A DNA stretch of 47,869 bases from Promethearchaeati archaeon (GCA_013166835.1 JABLTI010000011.1:1-47869); one strand, 5' to 3'; positions 19,834 to 28,772 are shown, counted from the first letter of the stretch. Numbers and translations are program-made. The notes: generated by a model from the letters alone, not told the origin.

Positions 19834-20709
19834 TTACTGATTTTCTCGATAAACTGGAAAACTAAACTTCTCTTTAGTTTCCACCATAAATTCAACATCA
19901 TAGATAGTGCTTAAATGATCTATGAATATTGTTTGTAAATCAAAAGCACTAGCCATAGTTGGTAAATCATCAGTATCCTTTAAACCGGTTTCAACTTCTA
20001 AGTATTGATGGAGCGTTTTAAGCGCTTTCCCCAGTATTTCATCCCCCGATGCTATTGTATCAAACGTCTCTTTATTCAACAAATATATCTTGTATAACCA
20101 AATATATGCAGCGAGATATTCTTGGTTAAATAATGCAATAGTACACTTTGCTAGTAATTGGTGTGTTCTAATCTCCTTTTCATCATCCTTTAATTGGTGA
20201 GCAAGCTCATATAATGAATCAACTCGCTTTCTGTAATAGTTTTGTTCTTCGGGGATTAGTTTATCATATTTTGATATCAATAATACAACTTCTTCAAAGA
20301 AAACGCCTTTACTCTTTACAATTCTATCAGGTGATGTTTGGATTACAGATTTCAACAAATTATGGAGTTGTTTGTAAAGATTAATTCGTTGCTGCAATTG
20401 CAGATCTCGAGCAGTCTTTGCTGCATCATTGAAATATTTATCACTAGTTCTAAACTGCCATGAATTGAGTGTTCTAATACCGTTATTATAGTTATTTTTA
20501 GCCAAGTCCTCCGCGGGATTCAAAGTTTCTTTTCCAAATTTTAGTGGAGCACCAGTTCGTTCTGAGGTAATTAATTTTATCATTATTTGCTCTGGTGAAT
20601 CATCTTTGTTGATTGTTACTATTGGATCCTTCGAATCATATCTTTCTGATTCAATTATCTCAATATTATCTTTTACAGTATCTAGTATTGTTTTTTGTAA
20701 ATCACTCAT
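19834..20709 (-). CDS. Hypothetical alpha-helical (TPR-like) protein, first gene of the Dna2-like operon
   Basis: 291-aa ORF with ATG and a GAGGAGG RBS; helical pattern; ends 15 bp before the Dna2-like gene. Confidence 0.7.
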   Translation of the reverse strand: MSDLQKTILDTVKDNIEIIESERYDSKDPIVTINKDDSPEQIMIKLITSERTGAPLKFGKETLNPAEDLAKNNYNNGIRTLNSWQFRTSDKYFNDAAKTARDLQLQQRINLYKQLHNLLKSVIQTSPDRIVKSKGVFFEEVVLLISKYDKLIPEEQNYYRKRVDSLYELAHQLKDDEKEIRTHQLLAKCTIALFNQEYLAAYIWLYKIYLLNKETFDTIASGDEILGKALKTLHQYLEVETGLKDTDDLPTMASAFDLQTIFIDHLSTIYDVEFMVETKEKFSFPVYRENQ

Positions 20710-20752
20710 TCTTATTTCCTCCTCGGCTATCTAGCATTCAATCTAGATTAGT

Positions 20753-20793
20753 GAGACAAATATTAAATAAAAATCCATTGTCTCGCTGAGACA
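20753..20793. promoter_or_regulatory. Candidate operator: TGTCTC-GCT-GAGACA palindrome plus a second GAGACA half-site flanking a TATA-like tract
   Basis: GAGACA at 20753-20758, TTTTATTTAATA on the minus strand at 20761-20772, and a perfect 6-3-6 inverted repeat at 20779-20793. Confidence 0.5.
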
Positions 20794-20856
20794 TCGTACG
20801 CATAATATAATAGTTCTATGATAAGAGGTCAGCGAAAGTAAAAACTTTTACTTTTT

Positions 20857-21630
20857 TTATTCATTCCTACTAGTAGTTAATGAAGAAAGAATTGTTGCTC
20901 GAGTAAGAAGGAGTTGGATCTTATCGTTATCCGGAAATCTACTAGCGATTTTTTTAATTTCTTCTAAAACTTGGTTTAGCTCTTCGTGTCTGTACTCTCG
21001 GGCAAAAGTACTAAGAACACTAATTAATGCTTGAGCAAATTCGGCTTGAATTTCAGGGTCATCCTTATTCTTATTTGCAAAAATACGAAATTCAAAAAGA
21101 AGCTTGTCACAAGTGAAATTCTGTCTATTAGAACAGAAACGAGTAATTGCATTTGAATAACTTTTGGCAAAAAAGATTAAGACTTTCTTGTTATTCTTTG
21201 TTTCTCTGGTTAAATCACGAAACTCTCTCAGTAATTTTGCGGTTCCTTCTACATCCCAAGAACCTCGTAGATAGTAAATAGCAATTGAATATGCTTCTGC
21301 AAGAAATTCAAAGATTATTTCATTTGGATGACATCTTTTCTTTAGTTTTTTTAGGTCATCTAACAGGTAAAGCAAGTCTGCAAAGGCTTTTCTTTCTCCG
21401 AACATTTTTATTGAATTCTTCAATGCTTTCGCAAAATTTTCTTGTATCTCTTTTGAATTTGGGAAATTCTGATCAAGAATGGTGAATTCTTTAAACCAAA
21501 CATAGAATTCAGAAATTGGTTGCTGTTTTGCAAAATGAGTAATCAAATCTGTTAAATCATGTGATCGTCCAATTGCGAGTTCTTCTGGATCCGAAGAGGA
21601 TCGTCCGCTATATTCCAGAGGAGTTTTCAT
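20857..21630 (-). CDS. Alpha-helical repeat protein, probable paralog of 44353..45606
   Basis: Roughly 45-aa helical units ending FPNSKEIQENFAKAL, HPNEIIFEFLAEAY, KNNKKVLIFFAKSY, KDDPEIQAEFAQAL and FPDNDKIQLL. Confidence 0.7.
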   Translation of the reverse strand: MKTPLEYSGRSSSDPEELAIGRSHDLTDLITHFAKQQPISEFYVWFKEFTILDQNFPNSKEIQENFAKALKNSIKMFGERKAFADLLYLLDDLKKLKKRCHPNEIIFEFLAEAYSIAIYYLRGSWDVEGTAKLLREFRDLTRETKNNKKVLIFFAKSYSNAITRFCSNRQNFTCDKLLFEFRIFANKNKDDPEIQAEFAQALISVLSTFAREYRHEELNQVLEEIKKIASRFPDNDKIQLLLTRATILSSLTTSRNE

Positions 21631-21727
21631 TGACCCAATATCCTATGCGAATAGCACGCCTATTCGATTATTTAAAATTATACTTTTGGTTGCTTACATA
21701 AAAATGAAAAAAAAGAGAATTGAGGGA

Positions 21728-23251
21728 TTATTTCAATTCATAGATTTTGGAGTATTCTTTACGAAGATAATTAAGATAGTACTTTGTAGAAAGCTCTTCT
21801 CCAGTTATTTTCTTCACTAATTCTAAAGGATCATAAAGATTCCCCATTTGGTGTACTTTTGTCTTTAACCAATCTATGACTTTATTCAAGTCACCTATCT
21901 CCATATCTTTTCTCCAATCGGGAATTTCTTGGTTCATTTTCCATAATAATTGACCGTCAATTATATTGCCGATTGCATAGGAAGGAAATGAACTAAAACC
22001 ACCACCAGACCAATGAACATCTTGTAGGAGTCCTTCCGCATTATTCTTAATATCTACCCCAAGATATTCTTTCATCTTACTATTCCAGATTTGTGGGAGA
22101 TCATCAAAAGAAATTTTCCCAGCAAACAAATCTTTCTCGATTTCGTGTCGAATAATCACATGCATTGAATAGGTTACTGGATCAGCTTCTACTCTAATCT
22201 TTGAGGGGATTACTCTGTTAATCGCACGAACAAAAGGATCTAATTCTATATCCTTAAATATCCCTCCAGTAATTTCCTTTAATTTTGGAAGGAAATATTG
22301 CCAAAACTCATAGCTGCGACCTATAAAGTTCTCAATAAACCGTGATTGTGATTCATGAAAACCATCTGAACAACTATAACCAATGGGTTGATATTTATGC
22401 TTTTGTGGCAGGTATTGTTCGTATAAGGCATGACCAATTTCATGTAATACTGAGAAAAATGAACTTGAGAAATCATCCAAGTGGTAATTAGTGGTTACTC
22501 TAACATCATCATAATAGCCTGTTGTGAATGGATGAACAGTCTCATCAATTCGACCGGCATTCAAATCATAATTAGTTACTTTTGCTAGTTCTTCAGAAAG
22601 CTTTTCTTGAATATCCTTTGGACACGCTCTTTCAATAAGAGAATAATCGGGCTGTTTTGGTGAATTAACTATTGCTTTTATTAATGGCTTTAAGCCATCA
22701 CGTAACTCATCAAACAAGTCATCTACAATTTCTCGAGTAAAACCAGGTTCATTCAGATCAAGCAGAACATCGTAAGGATCTTTTGTAGGGTCAAGACAGT
22801 TGGCAAGCTTTTTCATTAGATCAAATATCTTGATTAATTCAGGTTTAAACAACTCATAATCTGATTTAGCAAATGCTTTTTTCCAAATAGCATTCCCAAG
22901 AGCACTTTGTTTAGATATAGCTTCAACTAATTCCTTAGGGATTTTGGTGTTACGATCATAATCTCTTTGAAACAAGTAGATATTTCTTTTTTCAACTGGA
23001 GTCAATTTTTCATAATTTTCATTTGCTTTAATTTCTTCTAGGAGAGCACCAATCTCAGGATCAATGGTTTTCCCATGAATTAATCCGCTGATAATAGCTA
23101 GTTCTTCTGATCGTTGTTCAACACCTTTTTCTGGCATATATGTATCCATATCCCAGTAAATGTTCATTTCTATACTTTTTAATAGAACAATTTCTTTGTA
23201 TTTTTCCAACAATTTTTTGTAAAGATCAATTTCTTGAGTTACTTTTGACAT
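21728..23251 (-). CDS. Carboxypeptidase, family M32
   Basis: HPF, DDVRVT, HEIGH (HEXXH), HESQSR, IRVEAD and GLLQDVHW motifs. Confidence 0.95.
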   Translation of the reverse strand: MSKVTQEIDLYKKLLEKYKEIVLLKSIEMNIYWDMDTYMPEKGVEQRSEELAIISGLIHGKTIDPEIGALLEEIKANENYEKLTPVEKRNIYLFQRDYDRNTKIPKELVEAISKQSALGNAIWKKAFAKSDYELFKPELIKIFDLMKKLANCLDPTKDPYDVLLDLNEPGFTREIVDDLFDELRDGLKPLIKAIVNSPKQPDYSLIERACPKDIQEKLSEELAKVTNYDLNAGRIDETVHPFTTGYYDDVRVTTNYHLDDFSSSFFSVLHEIGHALYEQYLPQKHKYQPIGYSCSDGFHESQSRFIENFIGRSYEFWQYFLPKLKEITGGIFKDIELDPFVRAINRVIPSKIRVEADPVTYSMHVIIRHEIEKDLFAGKISFDDLPQIWNSKMKEYLGVDIKNNAEGLLQDVHWSGGGFSSFPSYAIGNIIDGQLLWKMNQEIPDWRKDMEIGDLNKVIDWLKTKVHQMGNLYDPLELVKKITGEELSTKYYLNYLRKEYSKIYELK

Positions 23252-23272
23252 TTTCCAGCACCACGTTATCCT

Positions 23273-24808
23273 CTAAAAATCATAAATTTGCGAGTATTTC
23301 TCACCAGTGGCTTCTATGAAATACTTGGCAGAGAATTCTTTCCCTGTAACATTCTTAATTAAATCAAGAGGATCGTAGAGGTTTCCTTTATTACGAATAT
23401 TTGTATTTAACCAACCTAGAATATTTGTTAAATTACCATTTTTCATTTGGTCCTTCCACTCAGGAATGTCTTTAGTTAATTGGGTTTGAAATTGCCCATT
23501 GTAATAACTTCCCAAAGCATATGTTGGGAAATAACCAAACAACCCCCAAGCATAATGAGTATCTTGGAGAATTCCTTCAGTATCATTTTCGATGTCAATA
23601 TCTAAGTATTCCTTCATTTTTTCATTCCAGAATGATGGTAATTCAGACACTGAGAGCTTGTCTGCGAATAGTTCCTTCTCCAATTCATATCTTAGTATGA
23701 TGTGTAATGAATAGGTAACTGGATCCGCATGTATTCTAATCTTTGATGGAATTACTTGGTTAACAGCATGAATAAATGGTTGTAATTTTACATCGTCAAA
23801 GAGTCCTTTAGTGAGCTCTTTGAATCTTGGCAAATAGAATTCCCAAAATTCGGAACTTCGACCAATAATATTTTCAATAAATCTTGCTTGACCTTCATGC
23901 ATAGCAGCAGAAGATGAAGAACCAATTGGCTGATATTTGAATTTAGCGGGATAATTTTGCTCATATAGAGCATGACCACATTCATGCATATTTGCGAAAA
24001 ATGAATCAGTAAAATCTTTAGTATTATAACTAACGGTAATTCTTACATCATCGAAATATCCAGTGGAGAATGGGTGAACAGCAACATCTATTCGACCACC
24101 CTTTAAATCATATTGAACTATATCAGCAAGATCATGAGCAACATTCCTCTGAATATCAATTGGACATTCTCTTAGAATCAAAGAGCTATCTGGTTGATTT
24201 GGGGAATCAACACATGCTTTAATGATTGGAATCAAACCTGCTTTGGCTTCTTGAAAGATTTTATCATAGATTTCTTGGGTAAAGCCTCGCTCATAATTAT
24301 CGAGTAAAACATCATAGGGATCCATATCAGGATTAAGATAGGCTGCTTGCTGCTTCTTCAAATCTATCATTTTCTCAAGTTCTTTTACATAAATAGAATA
24401 ATCAGCTTTTGATTTTGCTGCCTTCCATTTTTGTGTGGTAAGAGCACTATGTCTTGTTAATTCTTGAGCAAAGGATGTTGGAATTTTTGTAGCTTTATCA
24501 TAATTCCTCTGGATAAGGACAATATTTCTTTTTTGAACATCTGAAAGTTTGTCGAAATCTTTGTGAAACTGGATTTCTTTCAACAAAGAACCAATTTTTG
24601 GATGAGTATTACGTTCATGAATTAACCCACTCATAAGAGATAATTCTTCGCCACGTTGCTGGGCACCTTTCTTTGGCATCATAACTTCAAAGTCCCATTG
24701 AATTTGCCCACTAACATTTCTAAGAAGAAGAATCTCTTTATATTTAGCAAGGAGCTTCTCATAAAGATTGATTTTTCGTACAACTTTAACCAACTTACAT
24801 TTCTCCAA
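23273..24808 (-). CDS. Carboxypeptidase, family M32 (tandem paralog)
   Basis: HPF, DDVRIT, HECGH, HEGQAR, IRIHAD, GILQDTH and GYFPTY. The start codon is uncertain by a few codons. Confidence 0.95.
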   Translation of the reverse strand: MEKCKLVKVVRKINLYEKLLAKYKEILLLRNVSGQIQWDFEVMMPKKGAQQRGEELSLMSGLIHERNTHPKIGSLLKEIQFHKDFDKLSDVQKRNIVLIQRNYDKATKIPTSFAQELTRHSALTTQKWKAAKSKADYSIYVKELEKMIDLKKQQAAYLNPDMDPYDVLLDNYERGFTQEIYDKIFQEAKAGLIPIIKACVDSPNQPDSSLILRECPIDIQRNVAHDLADIVQYDLKGGRIDVAVHPFSTGYFDDVRITVSYNTKDFTDSFFANMHECGHALYEQNYPAKFKYQPIGSSSSAAMHEGQARFIENIIGRSSEFWEFYLPRFKELTKGLFDDVKLQPFIHAVNQVIPSKIRIHADPVTYSLHIILRYELEKELFADKLSVSELPSFWNEKMKEYLDIDIENDTEGILQDTHYAWGLFGYFPTYALGSYYNGQFQTQLTKDIPEWKDQMKNGNLTNILGWLNTNIRNKGNLYDPLDLIKNVTGKEFSAKYFIEATGEKYSQIYDF

Positions 24809-24924
24809 GCGGATTAGAATAAATGTAATTTTAAGTATTTCATTGAGACTGAATTGTCCATCTTAATGTTCAAATTACCAAAAGGAATTTAATTAAGACA
24901 AAAGTTAATTTCACAAAAAACAGT

Positions 24925-25296
24925 GTGAGAAGCAACTTGACTCCAGAAGTAGATGAAGGACCAACTGATTATATTAAATCAAGTAACGCAAGTAAGAGAG
25001 CGATTCTAGAACAATTACTCGAGAGAAAAGCGTTCGATGAGGAAAGTGCAATAGAGGAAACAGAACTAAAAATATCAAAATATGATATGTACGCATTAAA
25101 TGAACTAGTAGTAGAAGGGAGAATACACTCAGATATAAGAGGAACAGTAGCATACTATTACCTAAATGAGTACTATAAACCGGTCAAGAGCTATCGAAAA
25201 GAAGTGGTAATGGGATTAAGCATACCAATACTGATTTTTCTAGTAACCATAATTCTAGCAGGAATGATAGCAATAATAGTGATGTTCTTCAGATAA
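24925..25296 (+). CDS. Small tail-anchored membrane protein with possible winged-helix N-terminal domain
   Basis: Soluble region (ALNELVVEGRIH...YYYL) followed by one C-terminal TM helix. Confidence 0.6.
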   Translation: MRSNLTPEVDEGPTDYIKSSNASKRAILEQLLERKAFDEESAIEETELKISKYDMYALNELVVEGRIHSDIRGTVAYYYLNEYYKPVKSYRKEVVMGLSIPILIFLVTIILAGMIAIIVMFFR

Positions 25297-25369
25297 GAGA
25301 AAAAACAAAAACTAGCTATTAAACGAAAGATTCAAAAAGAAAAAAGAAGCGAAAAAGAATATAGACCCA

Positions 25370-25446
25370 GGGCGGGTGATTTAGCTCGGTATAATGCCTG
25401 CCTTACTAGCAGGATGTCGCCGGTTCAAATCCGGCCTCGCCCACCA
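25370..25446 (+). tRNA. trnV: tRNA-Val(TAC), CCA encoded, no intron
   Basis: Acceptor stem GGGCGGG/CTCGCCC; anticodon arm CCTGC-CTTACTA-GCAGG; T arm GCCGG-TTCAAAT-CCGGC; discriminator A plus CCA. Confidence 0.93.
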
Positions 25447-25472
25447 TTTTCCTTTCGTTTTTTGTTTTCTTA
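25447..25472 (+). terminator. Archaeal-type oligo(T) terminator tract after tRNA-Val
   Basis: TTTTCCTTTCGTTTTTTGTTTTCTT lies directly 3' of the tRNA. Confidence 0.55.
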
Positions 25473-25522
25473 TAAGAATTTTAATATTGTAACTTCCCTA
25501 TTATATTCTAGGGAAAGGAGTT

Positions 25523-26713
25523 GTGTGTATGGTTTTAGGTAAGAATAAATCAACACGACCAGAATTAGGTGTTTTATTTTTATTCTTCTTAGTTTTGGGT
25601 TTACTTGTTTGTTCGAATTCTCTTCAAACCTATAGCGTTGCCAACCCTGAGAATTCTCCTAGTGAGGAATTTGCTTTCACGGAAATTGGTCAATGGATTG
25701 CTGAAGAGGGTGTGTATGCTCTTGATGTGGCTATTGATGGTGACCTCGCTTATGTTTGCACGGGAGATTATGTTGCTATTTTGGATGTCTCAGATCCAAC
25801 TGAGCCGTCTTTACTTGGGAAATTCAATCAATTTGGTAGTTATCAAGGGGTGATTCCTTGGCCCGAACAAGTTCTTGCTTTTGGTGATTATATTTTTGTT
25901 ATTGCTTACTGGCACGATTATATCTATTGTTGGACGAACAAAATTATGGTTCTCGATGTCTCCGATCCATCCAATCCCTCCCTTGTTCAAGAGTTTAATG
26001 TTCAAAGATTAATCTATGACATAAGCCTTGTAGACAATTTTCTTTATGTTACTAGTAGTGGTGATTTTAGGATTTATAATGTTGAAGATGCAAATTCTCC
26101 TTTTCTTTTGGGTAATTTTTCTGCAAGTGGTTTTTTCCCTTCAGCAATTGGAATTCATGGTTCTTATGCTTTCCTTGGTTCTTATTCTAAAGGTTATTTA
26201 GTGCTGGATATTTCCATTCCAACGAATCCTTTTATTGTTAAAAATTGCACTGATTTCTCTATTACTAGAATTCATTTTGAGGAATCAATTGTTTATGCTC
26301 TTATAAAACCTACTGGTTATAGTTCTTCTGGGAGAGATTTTGCTATTTTCAACCTTACAGATTCATATAATCTTGTTGAGAGAAATCTTTTTCACGTTTC
26401 CGAAGAAAATTGGGATTTCATTTTTTCTGATGGTTACATCTACATGAAGACTTATAGTTTCGATTTTTGTGTTTTAAATGCAACTAATTTTTATCATCTT
26501 GAGTTTGTTTATCAATCTAATGAAGAGAAATTAGATGCGCAAGGTTTTGCGATTGTCGGAAATGATTTTTATCTTGCAGCTGGAGCAGAAGGTCTGATAA
26601 TTTATCAAGTGAATTATCCCCCGATTACAATTACCTTGAATCAATCTGCTTTTCTTATTTTCATTGTTAGTGTTTTTGCATGCGGTATTTTCATTAGAAG
26701 AAAACGAAGATAA
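25523..26713 (+). CDS. Cell-surface LVIVD-repeat (beta-propeller-like) protein with C-terminal membrane anchor
   Basis: Signal peptide; repeats VAILDVSDPTEPSLLG, IMVLDVSDPSNPSLV, FRIYNVEDANSPFLLG and YLVLDISIPTNPFIV; C-terminal TM helix plus RRKRR. Confidence 0.88.
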   Translation: MCMVLGKNKSTRPELGVLFLFFLVLGLLVCSNSLQTYSVANPENSPSEEFAFTEIGQWIAEEGVYALDVAIDGDLAYVCTGDYVAILDVSDPTEPSLLGKFNQFGSYQGVIPWPEQVLAFGDYIFVIAYWHDYIYCWTNKIMVLDVSDPSNPSLVQEFNVQRLIYDISLVDNFLYVTSSGDFRIYNVEDANSPFLLGNFSASGFFPSAIGIHGSYAFLGSYSKGYLVLDISIPTNPFIVKNCTDFSITRIHFEESIVYALIKPTGYSSSGRDFAIFNLTDSYNLVERNLFHVSEENWDFIFSDGYIYMKTYSFDFCVLNATNFYHLEFVYQSNEEKLDAQGFAIVGNDFYLAAGAEGLIIYQVNYPPITITLNQSAFLIFIVSVFACGIFIRRKRR

Positions 26714-26742
26714 GAAAATTCAGCTTTTTCTTTCAATCTCTA

Positions 26743-27435
26743 TTAATCTTCTATATCTAGATAGGGAAAAATCTGTGCTTTGAAGAGATACTTTGTTCCT
26801 TCTTTTAATTTCTCCATGATTTTTTCTGGATCTCCAAATTTCTCATTAAATTCTCCCATAACTTCTCTTATTTTATTCATTAGGAATATTCCTTCTTCTT
26901 CACCTGTTATTAAGGAAGAATGATACGGCATTGGATAGCTTTTTCCCTTTATTGTATAACTCAAATCTCCCGTTCTTTCATCGTGGAAGACATCCTCAAA
27001 AGGTTGTTGTTGTTCTAGCTTCTTTATCTGATCTGTGAGAGTATTTGCGAAAATATGATTAATAATTGCAAAAAATTGTTGAAGTTCTAAAACAAATGAT
27101 GATCGTTCTTCAAGTGGGCTTGCTAATAAGCTTTCTTCATCTAAGGTATATAGATGATCAGCGATATTTTGACTTAGTCTATAGAATTTTATTTTCCCTG
27201 TTGGGTTCATAAAAACATCAACTAGTCCATTTTCCACTAATTTCTTTAAGTGATGAGAAATTGTGCTTCTCGATTTTTTTGTAATCTCAACTAGCTTTTC
27301 TGCGGTTACTTCACCCTTGAAAATTATTTCAAAAACTATCCTTGATCGAATGGGATCAAAGAGAACTTCTAATACGTTTCCTATGCTAGGATCTGCTGTT
27401 TCTGTTTTTGGTTTTATGAATTTCAAGCGCTTCAT
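26743..27435 (-). CDS. ArsR-family winged-HTH transcriptional regulator
   Basis: LFDPIRSRIV...KSRSTISHHLKKLVENGLV...KFYRL. Confidence 0.88.
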   Translation of the reverse strand: MKRLKFIKPKTETADPSIGNVLEVLFDPIRSRIVFEIIFKGEVTAEKLVEITKKSRSTISHHLKKLVENGLVDVFMNPTGKIKFYRLSQNIADHLYTLDEESLLASPLEERSSFVLELQQFFAIINHIFANTLTDQIKKLEQQQPFEDVFHDERTGDLSYTIKGKSYPMPYHSSLITGEEEGIFLMNKIREVMGEFNEKFGDPEKIMEKLKEGTKYLFKAQIFPYLDIED

Positions 27436-27486
27436 AGCTATATCATGTATTTAGAAATATTTAAATATAACGATGAAGTAAATATA

Positions 27487-27503
27487 TTTCGATGATATCG
27501 AAA
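27487..27503. promoter_or_regulatory. Candidate operator TTTCGAT-GAT-ATCGAAA between divergent ArsR and GNAT genes
   Basis: Perfect 7-3-7 inverted repeat in the 91-bp divergent intergenic region, near the TATA-like TTTAAATATA. Confidence 0.6.
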
Positions 27504-27526
27504 CGTTATCATTAAATAGGAAAATA

Positions 27527-28609
27527 GTGATAAACATGTCGAAAAAAAGCATGTCGCCCGAAATATTGGTTGAAAAATTCGATCCACTAAAAGAATCTGA
27601 TGAAGAGTGGAAACGATTCCATGAGTACCGAAGAAAGAAGCATATGGAGGTTAATCCAAATGATCCAGTTTCTAGTGATGCATCTGTTAAAAATTCCGTG
27701 CAACAAAATGTACAGAATCCTGAATTCGGAATTCACTTACTTAGCATCATTGATAAAAAAACCAATAAGCAAGTCGGTGATGCTTTGCAAGGACTTATTC
27801 TTGAAGCGTCTCCTTCTTATGAAGGAACTAAGCATCTCATACAGTTTGATATTTTCTTATTATCATCGTATCGTCGAAAAGGAATTGGCAGTCGATTATT
27901 GAAGCAAGTATATGATTTTGCAATAGAACACAACAAAACATTACTTGTCACAGATTCCTCTGATGAGGATGGTAAAGCATTTTTGAAAGCTATTGGTGCA
28001 CAAGTTGCGTTATCGGGTGTTGATAATCGTTTACAACTAAGCGATGTGGATTGGGATATGATTGAGTCTTGGGCTAAGGAAGGTCCAAAAAGATCCGCTG
28101 GAACAATACTCGATATAGTCCAAAAAATTCCAGATGAAATCCTAGAAGAATATTGCAAGGTTTATACTGAAGTTACTAATCAACAACCATTAGGCGAATT
28201 AGACGTTGGTGCTATAGTTTTCACACCAGATAGCTATAGAACAATGGAAGAAATGTTTGAAAAGATGAACCGTACTTGGATCACTATAATCGCTAAAGAA
28301 CCTAATGGCAAAATTTCTGGTCTAACTGAAATGAGATATAATCCAGAACGTAAAACTATGATTTCCCAAATATTAACTGGGGTGCAACAAGATTATCGAG
28401 GTCGCGGAATTGGCAAGTGGTTAAAAGCTGCTATGCTATTATATGTTCGTGAGAAGTATCCTGAAATTAACATTGTCACAACGGGGAATGCCACTACAAA
28501 TAAACCCATGCTTTCAATTAATGATCGTCTTGGCTTTAAAGTTCATAAAGAAACAGTAAACGCACAAATTACTGTTGATCAATTAACTAATTATTTTAAT
28601 TCCCTGTAA
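27527..28609 (+). CDS. Tandem-domain GNAT family N-acetyltransferase
   Basis: Two acetyl-CoA binding motifs (YRRKGIG and YRGRGIG) and TGNATTNKPMLSINDRLGF. Confidence 0.9.
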   Translation: MINMSKKSMSPEILVEKFDPLKESDEEWKRFHEYRRKKHMEVNPNDPVSSDASVKNSVQQNVQNPEFGIHLLSIIDKKTNKQVGDALQGLILEASPSYEGTKHLIQFDIFLLSSYRRKGIGSRLLKQVYDFAIEHNKTLLVTDSSDEDGKAFLKAIGAQVALSGVDNRLQLSDVDWDMIESWAKEGPKRSAGTILDIVQKIPDEILEEYCKVYTEVTNQQPLGELDVGAIVFTPDSYRTMEEMFEKMNRTWITIIAKEPNGKISGLTEMRYNPERKTMISQILTGVQQDYRGRGIGKWLKAAMLLYVREKYPEINIVTTGNATTNKPMLSINDRLGFKVHKETVNAQITVDQLTNYFNSL

Positions 28610-28772
28610 TTATGTGATGTTACGGAGGAATTTATTTTTCTTTTTATCTTTTCCTCATAAATTTCTTTTGAAATGGTGATTGTATCCAAATCCTTTTTTA
28701 CTTTTGAGTAAACCATTTTACAGCAAAATTTCAGGAGATAGTTAGACGCCATCAGAAGAGATTCAAGAGGAC

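Noticed and set aside
25402-25408. tRNA as an amber (CTA) or ochre (TTA) suppressor
   Set aside because: The 5-bp stem and 7-nt loop place TAC at positions 34-36; CTA and TTA are off-register.
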